DNA of 38,171 nucleotides from a virus (Duplodnaviria; Caudoviricetes). Shown piece after piece: positions 1-9,627 of this stretch; position 1 is the stretch's first letter; every line of letters starts with the position of its first letter. The translations under genes and the position numbers were made by a program. A model generated the notes under the pieces. It was not told the origin of the DNA and made no database searches. It saw only the letters and a list, made by a program, of their open reading frames with translations. The stretch lies in IMG/VR virus record IMGVR_UViG_3300049844_000042, positions 1 to 38,171 of that record; one strand, written 5' to 3'.

Positions 1-217
1 AAAGTAGGAACATTTGTTGCTGTATTAACATAAGCAGTTCCAGCTTGATCCCTGTTTCCTCCCACCTGTACAGAATACCCTGCATCTGAATATGTTCTTA
101 TTCTTACATACATTGAAACTGCTGTCACATTAGGAGTTTGAGCATAAATAGCTGTGTCATAAGCACCTCCAAGTGTTACTGTAGTACTTGATGTTTGACC
201 ATGATTAGTAGTCTTTA
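1..217. repeat. Terminal direct repeat (assembly overlap of a circular/circularly permuted genome), left copy
   Basis: 1-217 matches 37955-38171 except A127 vs G38081. Confidence 0.97.
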
Positions 218-731
218 TTAACGATCCATTAACATATAACAAAGATTGTACATACAGATTTCCAGCATTATAGAGTGTTATGGGGATGTTATTACCAATA
301 GTAAAATTAACAGAATTAGTTATGTATGCCTCTCTTGGGATTGTGTAAAGTGTTACTGTTGCACCAGCACTTCCAGTATTCGGTCCATATCCACCAGAAT
401 ATATGAGTGTTGTTCCTGAACTAATATATATTTGCTTAGTACCATCTGCATTATGGGAAACTGTTTTATTAACCGATACAAGTGGTATTGGATTAGTATT
501 TCCTCTGGTATCTATCCAGATGCTTGTAGCAGTAGCCGATGTTCCATCTGCCGTAATACTATGACTACTTGCAGTACCATAAGAGTTTATGTCTGTAGCA
601 TATTTTCTAACATAAGCAGTAGCATGTACATCAGATGTATTATTTGTGATATTTACATTATCTTCGTACCAGTCAATATAATATTCATATTTGTTTGACC
701 ATGATGAAACTGTTCCTTGTATTCTTGCCAT
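1..731 (-). CDS. N-terminal part of origin-spanning DUF859-like tail/baseplate receptor-binding protein (699 aa total, continues 37954..36586)
   Basis: ATG at 731 (MARIQGTVSSWSNKYEYYIDW...VSHNADGTK). In frame with ORF 36586..38067 across the overlap: 731+1369=2100 nt. The VxHNADGTK motif resembles DUF859. Confidence 0.85.
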   Translation of the reverse strand, partial: MARIQGTVSSWSNKYEYYIDWYEDNVNITNNTSDVHATAYVRKYATDINSYGTASSHSITADGTSATATSIWIDTRGNTNPIPLVSVNKTVSHNADGTKQIYISSGTTLIYSGGYGPNTGSAGATVTLYTIPREAYITNSVNFTIGNNIPITLYNAGNLYVQSLLYVNGSLIKTTNHGQTSSTTVTLGGAYDTAIYAQTPNVTAVSMYVRIRTYSDAGYSVQVGGNRDQAGTAYVNTATNVPT

Positions 732-732
732 G

Positions 733-3645
733 TTAATCCTTTACACTAATTGCTAATCCAGTACTTGAAGGTATGAATCTAACTGCCTTAGTTTCATTGT
801 CATACCTTTGTATCTGTAATAAATCCTGAACAAATAAGTTCGTAATCTTTCCTGAATCCTTAGACACATACATTATCACTTTATCACTTCCACTGGATGT
901 ATCATAGACTGCATAATACTCATTTGTTAAAAGACTTTTAAAATAACTGTCAGTCTTGGCTATAGAAAAACCATCCTTATCAAATCTAAAGTCTGTTCCA
1001 TACACTTCATTAGGAGCTTGAATCCAACCATTTACATCACCCTTCTTTAGTACTATATCCGATACTGTTATCGTCTCTGTACTTGCACTCTCTATTCTCA
1101 TAGTTGTGTTTATAGAGGTTGCAGTAAACTGATACTTAAATGTAATCCAACTTGCACTAGTAGGTAAATTAATAACACCTATTACGCCTGTTAATGTTAG
1201 ATCAGTGTTTGCATTAGATTTATACCTGAAAAAACAAGTGTAAACTTGTCCCACTATAGTAGGTACTGTTCTTTCAATGTACTGGTCGGTTAGTATAATT
1301 GCACTTTTACTTTCTGTATAAGCTCCTGTATCAGTACCTGTGTCTATCGTTCCTGTGTTTCTTGCATCTACCAAGTCACCATTCTCATCAAATATTTGCC
1401 ATTCCTTTATATCCCCCTTAAGACCAACTGCATTTTTAAGTAGATTAGTTCCTCCTATTTGACTAACTGATAGCTCCAAAGCATCAGATGTAAGCTCTAA
1501 ATCTGCTACATCAGACTGTAAAGTATTTATATCGTCATTAGCAGTTTCTACTAAAGCCCTGATTTCATTTGTATCTATAGTTAAGGTGGCTGCTGATGTT
1601 ACAAGTCCACTTACCTGTGAACTTATCAATGTAATATCTCCCTCTTGTTTATCTACTTTAATCTCTGTATTTCTAATAGTCTTCCCTATAAATCCTGTTG
1701 TAGTGTAATCTGTTATATTTTGTACAGGTAGATCAGACTTGATGATTTCCTGTAGTCCACTTCCAACATTCATCTCCCAATCCAATACTACCACCTCAAA
1801 ACCTCTGCCATCTGTATCATAGACTTTTATTCTATCCCCAACCTCTAAATATCCATATCCTGTTGTCTTTGCCTCAAATGAATAATAATTTAATCCTAGT
1901 AACCCATCGTACATCACCATAAGGTATGTATAGCCATAGGCTATTTGTGTAATCCATGTACTTCTGTCAGAATCTACTATCAGGTTATTATCAAACTTAA
2001 TTTCTACCCTATCGGCTGGTAATGTATTAAAATTATCTATCGTTATTTGTGAATTATAATCACCATCGCTAAATGTTCCTGCGAATGGTTGTACTATAAA
2101 AGCCGTCATGTCTGGTCCAGTGCAAGTTGCAAAATTAGTCCATATCTTTGCATCCTCCGATCTGTCAAAATAGAAAGTTCCACCACTCTCTCGTATCTTT
2201 ATCCATCTAAAATTATTAATGTCGTATGTAGCTGAAGCAACCTCTGTCTGTACACTTGCAACTGTCTTATAAGCCTTGATTAGAGTTCCATTTACATACC
2301 AGAACAGTTTGTCTGTTGAAGGGCTAGAAGCCTTTAACAACTGTAATGGAGAAGCCTCCATCATAGACAAATCCTGACTTCCTCTGTTTACAAACTGGCA
2401 ATATATTTCTGATCCAGTTAAATCATAAGAATCAACAGAAGATATCCCAGAGTACTCACTTGATGTTCCAGTATATAGATTAAGTGCGTTTCCTACTGCA
2501 TCATAATAATTAAAACCTGATCCCCATAGATAAGGATTTATAGTTGCACTATCGAATCTGTCGACCAATGCAGACGCATAAAATAGCCATCCTGTGTTAT
2601 TCCCCCTATTTACAGAGTGAGTACCAGCACTAGCACTTCCACCTGTTAAAGTGTTGTCTTTTAGCGACACATAATCAGCTGTTTTAGCACCAGTTACAGC
2701 AAGAGTTGCTGCAGAGTTTGCGACACTTGATTGTATACCTATTAAATGACCTGCCTCACCGACTAAATCCAATGTTCCACTGATAGACTGTGTACTTCCA
2801 CTTGCGAACTCCAATGTTAGATCAATCCCACTATATACAGCACTAAAGTTTCTAAAAGAATTATTCCCTGAAATGGATAGGTCAAATGGCGAATCCAGTT
2901 TCACGGCAGATGGAACGATACTGATATCCTTAACTATGAATCCCCCTGAAATAGCCCCTCCTGTATACCCACCTGTGTTCTGTATAACGATAGATACACC
3001 AGTGGTAGTATCATATACATAATCCCAGCCGATATGAAAAAAACTTGTTGTTACAGTCATTGTTCCTGCTGTAAGCCATTGGCTGTAAGATGTGTTGTCT
3101 GGCTCTACCCAGAACTCCTCTGGAGCTATTATATTATAATTACCCATGTTTAGAGTTCCATCGTTGGTATTAAACTCAAACACCCCTGTTAAAGTAATAT
3201 CAGAATTAATTGTCCAGACATCGGTATTTGTTCCTGCTGTGGCATTAAAGTAAAAAGATTCAAAAATCATTCCTGCTGTATTTATTGTTTTGTTCGTATC
3301 ATTAGGCATAAACCTTATGACTAATCCTGTTCCCACTATCATATCTGTAGACATTGTAAGGCTTCCTGATACCCTGATTGTATAAAATCCACCACCACTA
3401 TTTGCTAGAAGCGATGGATAGTTTGTAACGCCTGTCCAATCCATGTCTTTACATACAGTACTAGCACTAGCGAGATCAAGTGTTAGGGTTTGTCCATAAG
3501 CCGTGAATGAATTAAGGTCAAAGTAAACATTATCAGATGCTGTTGGAAGATTAGCTACATTAGGAGTACCCCCTGATGTGGTAGCCCAATGATTAGTGGC
3601 ATCACTCCATGTTCCTGTTCCTCCTACCCAATATCTGTTTGCCAT
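733..3645 (-). CDS. Tail tip protein: N-terminal adhesin-like beta-rich region and lectin-like domain fused to the C-terminal half of a siphophage Tal, a coiled coil and a CBM-like domain
   Basis: 970 aa. N-term YWVGGTGTWSD..HW; Tal-like EIKFDNN..YYSF..GYGYLEVGDRI from about aa 548; heptad region; GGTNLLKNA. Confidence 0.7.
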   Translation of the reverse strand: MANRYWVGGTGTWSDATNHWATTSGGTPNVANLPTASDNVYFDLNSFTAYGQTLTLDLASASTVCKDMDWTGVTNYPSLLANSGGGFYTIRVSGSLTMSTDMIVGTGLVIRFMPNDTNKTINTAGMIFESFYFNATAGTNTDVWTINSDITLTGVFEFNTNDGTLNMGNYNIIAPEEFWVEPDNTSYSQWLTAGTMTVTTSFFHIGWDYVYDTTTGVSIVIQNTGGYTGGAISGGFIVKDISIVPSAVKLDSPFDLSISGNNSFRNFSAVYSGIDLTLEFASGSTQSISGTLDLVGEAGHLIGIQSSVANSAATLAVTGAKTADYVSLKDNTLTGGSASAGTHSVNRGNNTGWLFYASALVDRFDSATINPYLWGSGFNYYDAVGNALNLYTGTSSEYSGISSVDSYDLTGSEIYCQFVNRGSQDLSMMEASPLQLLKASSPSTDKLFWYVNGTLIKAYKTVASVQTEVASATYDINNFRWIKIRESGGTFYFDRSEDAKIWTNFATCTGPDMTAFIVQPFAGTFSDGDYNSQITIDNFNTLPADRVEIKFDNNLIVDSDRSTWITQIAYGYTYLMVMYDGLLGLNYYSFEAKTTGYGYLEVGDRIKVYDTDGRGFEVVVLDWEMNVGSGLQEIIKSDLPVQNITDYTTTGFIGKTIRNTEIKVDKQEGDITLISSQVSGLVTSAATLTIDTNEIRALVETANDDINTLQSDVADLELTSDALELSVSQIGGTNLLKNAVGLKGDIKEWQIFDENGDLVDARNTGTIDTGTDTGAYTESKSAIILTDQYIERTVPTIVGQVYTCFFRYKSNANTDLTLTGVIGVINLPTSASWITFKYQFTATSINTTMRIESASTETITVSDIVLKKGDVNGWIQAPNEVYGTDFRFDKDGFSIAKTDSYFKSLLTNEYYAVYDTSSGSDKVIMYVSKDSGKITNLFVQDLLQIQRYDNETKAVRFIPSSTGLAISVKD

Positions 3646-3646
3646 T

Positions 3647-4387
3647 TTAAATAGTGGTCAAAGTAATATAATCTCTCTGTGGCTCTCTAGCCAGTGTAAC
3701 TGTATTCACTTCTTCTAGTTTGTTCTTTATGTCTAATTCAATAAGATTGTCTTTAAGTAATGTATCTGCAGTTCCATCTACAGAAATAACTCGTACCTCT
3801 AACTGCCCACTTGTGTTGAAAGCTATTATAGATGCACTTGCTTCTGCCACATCATCTAATACATCCCTAAATGTCATATCAATCCCTGCAAATGGATCGT
3901 CTGTCATAGTGGTATTATAATTAGGAAATCTTGGCGTTGCTAGTGTCCAACCTAACCTTAAGCATATTGCCTCCAAGAACTGCTTTAGAGTTACAGGAAA
4001 TACAATGTCATATATTGGATCTAGATCATACCTAATAGAAGTTTCATACATCTTGTCAAACAGTTTGATCTTGGTATCTCTGGTATCCTTTCTATACTCT
4101 TGTTCTACCACCTTGAAGCTCCCATAATCTATGTACTCAACGCTAGTATCAGGTAATACTACTCCAAATCCTATATTAACCCATCTTCCTAATAACCCAA
4201 CTTCACCAGCAATAATAGCTTCTCCACTTCTCATTACAGCCTTACCAATATCACCCTTTGCTGAAAGTTTAAGAGATACAAGGTTATCATCATCTCTGAT
4301 ATATGTACCAGAATCATTGATATAGGCTTTGAACTGCCTCCCTGCTGACTTAATTGCTGTTTTGAATGGACTACTTGTTGTAATCAT
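3647..4387 (-). CDS. Tal/baseplate hub protein, N-terminal half
   Basis: Follows Dit. Motifs YIDYGSFKV, LFDKM, TFRDVLDDVAEA resemble siphophage Tal N-termini. Confidence 0.7.
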   Translation of the reverse strand: MITTSSPFKTAIKSAGRQFKAYINDSGTYIRDDDNLVSLKLSAKGDIGKAVMRSGEAIIAGEVGLLGRWVNIGFGVVLPDTSVEYIDYGSFKVVEQEYRKDTRDTKIKLFDKMYETSIRYDLDPIYDIVFPVTLKQFLEAICLRLGWTLATPRFPNYNTTMTDDPFAGIDMTFRDVLDDVAEASASIIAFNTSGQLEVRVISVDGTADTLLKDNLIELDIKNKLEEVNTVTLAREPQRDYITLTTI

Positions 4388-4782
4388 GCACTTATACTAC
4401 CAGTACTTGCAGTCATGGTAGTTTTATTAAAAGGTATTAAATGTACTGTAAATGGCTCGTATAGTTCCTTATTCTTATCAAATAATGAATATTCGTAATC
4501 ACCTGCATAAAATGTTCCTGATTTATAACTATCTGTGTTCTCGTCAAACCAAGTGACTGTAAAACTAGATTCCTCAAGCAGATTAAGTAAGGTGCTCATC
4601 TCTGCCTTTGTAGTGTACGAGAAATCAACTATTAGCTTATGAAATGTCCCAACATAGGTAGATATTAAATTACCTGCCATGTTTCTGTTTGCGTCTACCC
4701 ACAACTTATTAGGCTGTACTTTAAAGCCCTTTATCTTAGGTAGTTGCGTATTCCCAATCTTTACTAGATAACTAATTGCCAT
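4384..4782 (-). CDS. Distal tail protein (Dit)-like
   Basis: 132 aa directly after tape measure; NRNMAG and FYAGD motifs; ends TASTGSISA. Confidence 0.7.
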   Translation of the reverse strand: MAISYLVKIGNTQLPKIKGFKVQPNKLWVDANRNMAGNLISTYVGTFHKLIVDFSYTTKAEMSTLLNLLEESSFTVTWFDENTDSYKSGTFYAGDYEYSLFDKNKELYEPFTVHLIPFNKTTMTASTGSISA

Positions 4783-4783
4783 G

Positions 4784-7042
4784 TTATATATTAAATACTA
4801 AACTATTTGTTGCCTTACTTCTATTATTAACATAATCTATAAATTTAGAGTAGATTCTTTCTTCCCCTATATTAACTACTATGTTCCCACTTTGACCACC
4901 TGATCCATTGATCTTATCTGCCAACTCATTGATCCATTTTCTGTTATCAAGAGGTATGACTGCTTCTCTACCAGCCTCTCCAATCATAGCAACTGTAGGA
5001 GAACTTACAATACCACCCTGTGCCATTCTAGGTACTTCGCCAACCCTAAAGTTGATACTTCCACTACCCATAGCCTGTGAAAGCCCTGAAATACCCCCTA
5101 TAGCCTTATTTATAGCCCTTATAATTCCATTTATTGTATCTATTACCGAATTTACTCCTTGTTTAAATATTACCTTTATTACTTCCCATACTCCTCTCAA
5201 TGTTCCAACAATTCCACCCCAGATATTTCCCATGTCGTATCCTAACTTCCAGAAGAAGAATGCTACATCTGCCCATGCAGTACTTAACCAGTGAAGAACA
5301 TCTTTTATAGCTTGTACTATCCAATTTAAGACATCAGCTACTGCATTATATAGCCAAGTAAATATTGGAGCTAAGAATCTTATTAAATCTCCAAGACTAG
5401 ACATTGACTTTTTGAAATGTGCTACTAGATTACTTATTAGCCACTCTGATAATGGTTTTAGGAAGTTCTGCCAGACAAAGTTTATTACCTGCCCTAATCT
5501 ATCAAAACCTTCAACTATTAATCTTCTAATTGCATCTTGTAAGGGCTTTAATACTGGCTCTATCTTTACCCATTCCTGCATAAATACTACAACTATTTCC
5601 TGAACTGCATAACCTAGCTTAATAAACAAAGGCATTAGTTCTCTATTCCAGAATCCAACAACTGGTGTAATAATATTGTCGTTTAACCATTTCCAAGCCA
5701 CCCCAAGTGATTCTATAATAGGATTCAAAAAGGTACTGATCTTACTACCTATCTCTTGGAAAGCCTTTGTAACCTTATCTGCATAGTCATTTACTGCGTT
5801 TGCATCAAATGTTGAGGTGTCAATCTGTAAAGGACTACTATTGCTATATCCTCCTCCTGCAGTGACATCGCCTCCTGCTGTTGAAGATGGGGATGTTAAT
5901 ACATTCATTTCGTCAAAACTAGCAAGTCCCATCAACTCCTTCTTTAAAGCCTTTGCACTATCTGCAGCCTTGTCTATGTTCTTTCCTGCGTTCCCTGTTG
6001 AAGTAGATAACTTGTCCTGTGCCTTTGATACTGCTAACGAGACATTCGCCATTCCTAAGAAGTTCTTTCCTATTACTGGTATAGAAGATAATAACCTACC
6101 TATCACTCTGACAAATGCTAAAACAATTCCTGCTACCTTAGCTGTGAAGTTTGCTATATCCAAAGAAGCTCCATTGACTGTTAACTGTATACCTTTCAAG
6201 AAGGCTAATACACCTTCATTTAGAGCCATCTGAATAGGTTTTACAGCTTGACCTATAGACACTTGCAGATTGACTATACTTGCGTTAAGTTTGGCAATTT
6301 GTCCTGCACTTGTATTTGCTAGTCTTGCTGCGTCACCTTGAAATAGATTTCCTTGTTCAAGAAGTCCATTATACAAAGCCTGTCTTACACCAGCATCTTC
6401 TGTTGCTCTGGACAGATCCTTCTCTGCATATCCAGCACTAACAAGTATCTTTGATAGATTTTTAGTGATACCTGCATTATCTACGAGAATAGAGTTTCCA
6501 TTTTTAACACCTTCGGTAGCACTACTTATAGCCTGTCCAAAATCTAATGCTCCCTGTCTACCAAAAGAAGCACTATCTTTGAATACCAACATCAAATCAT
6601 TAGCCTCTTTGAGATTAAATCCAGTAGCAAGTAGGTTTTTAAGTCCTGTAGCAGAATCTGTAACCGACATAAGACCATCAGAGGCAAGTTCCTTTGCAGA
6701 CTCTGTGGCATCTTTCATCGCATTGTTCCCCAGTTTCTTACCTGCTACTGTCTGAAGCCCTATCAAAGCACTCTCGTACTTCATTGTAGTTTTTACACTG
6801 TCTTCAACAATGTTATTTAACTGTTCTAATCCTTTTCCTATTAAGGCAACTCCACCTGCTAATACAGCAAAGGCAATGTTAGCACCCAATACAGCCTTTC
6901 CCATAGTTCCACCAGCACTAGCTACAGCTCCCATTCCTGCAGGAAGTCCTGATAGCTGTTTCTGGATAGAAGTTAATTGACCTTTGAACTGATCAGCATT
7001 TGCTGAAATTATTACCTGTAGTTCTTCTACTTTCATTGCCAT
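4784..7042 (-). CDS. Tape measure protein
   Basis: 752 aa Ala/Gly-rich helical protein; VEELQVIISA N-term, LASFDEMNVL, periodic Trp, C-term MAQGGIVSSPTVAMIGEAGREAVIPL. Confidence 0.93.
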   Translation of the reverse strand: MAMKVEELQVIISANADQFKGQLTSIQKQLSGLPAGMGAVASAGGTMGKAVLGANIAFAVLAGGVALIGKGLEQLNNIVEDSVKTTMKYESALIGLQTVAGKKLGNNAMKDATESAKELASDGLMSVTDSATGLKNLLATGFNLKEANDLMLVFKDSASFGRQGALDFGQAISSATEGVKNGNSILVDNAGITKNLSKILVSAGYAEKDLSRATEDAGVRQALYNGLLEQGNLFQGDAARLANTSAGQIAKLNASIVNLQVSIGQAVKPIQMALNEGVLAFLKGIQLTVNGASLDIANFTAKVAGIVLAFVRVIGRLLSSIPVIGKNFLGMANVSLAVSKAQDKLSTSTGNAGKNIDKAADSAKALKKELMGLASFDEMNVLTSPSSTAGGDVTAGGGYSNSSPLQIDTSTFDANAVNDYADKVTKAFQEIGSKISTFLNPIIESLGVAWKWLNDNIITPVVGFWNRELMPLFIKLGYAVQEIVVVFMQEWVKIEPVLKPLQDAIRRLIVEGFDRLGQVINFVWQNFLKPLSEWLISNLVAHFKKSMSSLGDLIRFLAPIFTWLYNAVADVLNWIVQAIKDVLHWLSTAWADVAFFFWKLGYDMGNIWGGIVGTLRGVWEVIKVIFKQGVNSVIDTINGIIRAINKAIGGISGLSQAMGSGSINFRVGEVPRMAQGGIVSSPTVAMIGEAGREAVIPLDNRKWINELADKINGSGGQSGNIVVNIGEERIYSKFIDYVNNRSKATNSLVFNI

Positions 7043-7048
7043 AGTGTT

Positions 7049-7441
7049 TTATTCCTTAATAGCATTAAACTTTTTATTTAATCTAATTACCATCCTCTCC
7101 ATTTCCTCATCTGTCATTACTTCTTTTCTCTTTTCTGTCATAAATGGCTGATCAGGGTATGCCTTTGGATCATTTACTGAATATGCTATATATTTCCCTA
7201 GTAAATAATTCTGTGCATCTACCTCTCTTGCCTCCTCTTTCTTCCTCTCAACATATACTTCTAAATGTTTCTTAAACTGTTTAGGAGTTAGATCCCAGAA
7301 ATAATTAAGATCTAACCCAACTCTAATCGCTACATTCTCTACTGCTTCCCAGTTTTCCCAAAAGGTTAGGCTTTTAGCTCTCCTTTCTCTCCTGTTATGG
7401 TTGCCCTGATTTCCTTTATCTTCAGAGCCTTTGGTAAAAAA
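7049..7441 (-). CDS. Tail assembly chaperone, -1 frameshift extension (G-T-like product)
   Basis: Open -1 frame ...LTFWENWEAVENVAIRVGLDLNYFWDLTPKQF...NAIKE* with no suitable ATG; T_TTT_TTA at 7441-7435. Confidence 0.8.
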   Translation of the reverse strand, partial: FFTKGSEDKGNQGNHNRRERRAKSLTFWENWEAVENVAIRVGLDLNYFWDLTPKQFKKHLEVYVERKKEEAREVDAQNYLLGKYIAYSVNDPKAYPDQPFMTEKRKEVMTDEEMERMVIRLNKKFNAIKE

Positions 7442-7671
7442 CCACCTACCTGTAGAGCTTCTAGGACATCAACATACATCTCCGTCATTTCTTTCCCTTC
7501 TTTTAATTGTTTATCTATCTCATCAAATGCAACCTCTTCATCAACCTTCATTCCATACTTAACTAGAAGTACCAAAGCCTCCATACCTATCTTCATCACT
7601 AACTCATAAATAGGCTTTCCTGCTTCTTTCTCTAGGTCTCTTACTGTCCTCGCTGTATAACTTAATACCAT
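7366..7671 (-). CDS. Tail assembly chaperone (G-like)
   Basis: 101 aa between tail tube and tape measure, with GGFL motif. Confidence 0.8.
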   Translation of the reverse strand: MVLSYTARTVRDLEKEAGKPIYELVMKIGMEALVLLVKYGMKVDEEVAFDEIDKQLKEGKEMTEMYVDVLEALQVGGFLPKALKIKEIRATITGEKGELKA

Positions 7672-7691
7672 AATAGTATTGGTTAATAACT

Positions 7692-7722
7692 AAAAGGATT
7701 CCTAGTATATTTCAACTAGGAA
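7692..7722 (-). terminator. Intrinsic terminator/attenuator after tail tube gene
   Basis: TTCCTAGT-TGAAATAT-ACTAGGAA then TCCTTTT on the minus strand. Confidence 0.7.
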
Positions 7723-7728
7723 CTGCTT

Positions 7729-8151
7729 TTAAGCACTAACTCCACCAGATACTGTATAGATTGGTTTTCCAGTAATTCGTAAACTACCTTCAAATCCTTC
7801 TACACCATCAACTGTTGATTCAGCCTGTTTCCATTCTTTAATGAAGCCACTAAAATCCCATTTTGCTCCAGATGGGAATTGTACTCTCCATTGGTGAATA
7901 GTTTGAGCCTCTGCATACCCTAGCATATCTTCAAAGTTATCAGGTGATTTAACAAATCCCTTTAGAGAGATTTCTCCTGCATCTTTGAATCCTGCTATGA
8001 ACTCCTTATATGAGCTACTTGAATCAAGAGTGGTTACATCTATTTCACCACTTGAGATTCCGAATGCTCCTATAGAAGTGAGGTCTGCAATAGTTTTAGG
8101 AGTACCATTAGTTTTGACTAATGATGTTCCCATTGTTCTACTTGCTGCCAT
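7729..8151 (-). CDS. Major tail tube protein
   Basis: EIDVTTLDS..YKEFIAGFKDAGEI, WDFSGFI, LRITGKP; ends VSGGVSA. Confidence 0.9.
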   Translation of the reverse strand: MAASRTMGTSLVKTNGTPKTIADLTSIGAFGISSGEIDVTTLDSSSSYKEFIAGFKDAGEISLKGFVKSPDNFEDMLGYAEAQTIHQWRVQFPSGAKWDFSGFIKEWKQAESTVDGVEGFEGSLRITGKPIYTVSGGVSA

Positions 8152-8160
8152 TTGTTCTAA

Positions 8161-8499
8161 TTAATAAGTAAATCTTAACACTAAGTGTGAATACCCCTCA
8201 TCATCTACTAGGTCTGTGTTACCAGTTAGTCTATAACTTAGTGTCCTCATCTTAGTTTCTATCGTGGGTAATAACGCACCTGTATCTTTTGATGTCTTAC
8301 CCCAAACATCAACACTTATTTCTATGTCCTGAATAGCTACATCATTATCTAGTGTATATTTAGGCACATTGCTTAGAACGCTGAAAGTTATCATTGGGAA
8401 GGTCTTTATTATCTCTGGTCTCACTTGAGCAACAGTAACTCCATTTATAGTCTTTAAGACTGTATAAACTGCTTTTTTAGGCTCTGTTATTGTACTCAT
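8161..8499 (-). CDS. Tail terminator/completion protein
   Basis: Position; FPMITF and ISVDVWGK motifs. Confidence 0.75.
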   Translation of the reverse strand: MSTITEPKKAVYTVLKTINGVTVAQVRPEIIKTFPMITFSVLSNVPKYTLDNDVAIQDIEISVDVWGKTSKDTGALLPTIETKMRTLSYRLTGNTDLVDDEGYSHLVLRFTY

Positions 8500-8849
8500 C
8501 TTATTTTCTTTGCTAATTCAGATTTAATATGATCCTTCATTTTCCTATTGATACTTTCCCTATTAGCCATCATTGCTGGAATCATGAATGCTTGTGGTCT
8601 CATGAATCTTGTCCCAAACTCCTGATAAATTGCATATTCTGTGTTGGTAAATACTATTCCTGTTTGTTCTTTGGTAAACAGTTTAGTTTTAATACTGTTC
8701 TTTAAAGTTCCTGTATCTACTGGAGAGAATGTTTTTGCATCTCTTTGTACTGCTCTAGTTCCCTCTGCAATTACAGGCATAAGATCAACACCCTTAATAT
8801 CACCAAACTTTTCTATGCACTTAGCGAGATTGAGGACTTTGATGACCAT
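8496..8849 (-). CDS. HK97 gp10-family neck/tail component
   Basis: PVDTGTLKNSI, EYAIYQEFGT, QAFMIPA. Confidence 0.9.
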   Translation of the reverse strand: MVIKVLNLAKCIEKFGDIKGVDLMPVIAEGTRAVQRDAKTFSPVDTGTLKNSIKTKLFTKEQTGIVFTNTEYAIYQEFGTRFMRPQAFMIPAMMANRESINRKMKDHIKSELAKKIR

Positions 8850-9175
8850 TTAGTTCCTATTAACAAGTAATGTGTATCAAATGGCATCGCCTTAACGATC
8901 TTATATTGGAATCCACCATAGCTTACTATGTTGTTAGTTGGTATGTTGGTACTAGTAGTTATACTAACATCAACCTTATCTTCTAACCCATATTCAAGCT
9001 GTAGCTTCTCAAGATTACTGAAGTTTACATTTCCCATAAAAGTACCAGTTACTGCTACATCTTCTGTCTTAGCCCAGCCCTCATCATCTATCTGTTCAGA
9101 AATAGAGTATGTGGTTATGGTCTTGTCATAAAATGTATCTTCAAAGGTTGTTTTTAGGGTAGATGGTATTTTCAA
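8813..9175 (-). CDS. Head closure/stopper protein
   Basis: 120 aa, synteny between adaptor and gp10; ends SSKSSISLSA. Confidence 0.7.
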   Translation of the reverse strand: MKIPSTLKTTFEDTFYDKTITTYSISEQIDDEGWAKTEDVAVTGTFMGNVNFSNLEKLQLEYGLEDKVDVSITTSTNIPTNNIVSYGGFQYKIVKAMPFDTHYLLIGTKWSSKSSISLSA

Positions 9176-9605
9176 TTACTTTTCCTAATATATATCTGTC
9201 AAGTAACACCTTCGCACCACTAAAGATTTGACTATCATCGCTTGAGTTTAGGAATGTCACAACATTCTCCGAGTAATTAATGGATTGCCCATTATCAGAT
9301 ATTGATGTAACTGCACCTGTTTGACTATCATTTCTAACTTCAACTGTTTTAAAAGCACCAACTACCACCCCTGCCAAAGCTCTTTCAAGCTCTGTAGGTA
9401 TTGGAAGCTGATAATCTTCTTCTTCAACTGAATCATCTAATAAATCAAGTTCATACTGTGCAACTAACTGTTGTCTATTCATGTAAGCCAATGCTCTATC
9501 AACAACATCTCGGACAATTAAGTCTAAGAGTGCATCTGTCACATTAACTAAACTCGTATCCAACACTTTTGCATATCCTTTTATTCTTGCGATGATAGTT
9601 TCCAT
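9141..9605 (-). CDS. Head-tail connector/adaptor
   Basis: Follows capsid gene; IPTELE, VTSISDNGQSINY, LLDRY. Confidence 0.8.
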   Translation of the reverse strand: METIIARIKGYAKVLDTSLVNVTDALLDLIVRDVVDRALAYMNRQQLVAQYELDLLDDSVEEEDYQLPIPTELERALAGVVVGAFKTVEVRNDSQTGAVTSISDNGQSINYSENVVTFLNSSDDSQIFSGAKVLLDRYILGKVIENTIYPKNNL

Positions 9606-9627
9606 CTTTAATTTACGCTAATAACTA

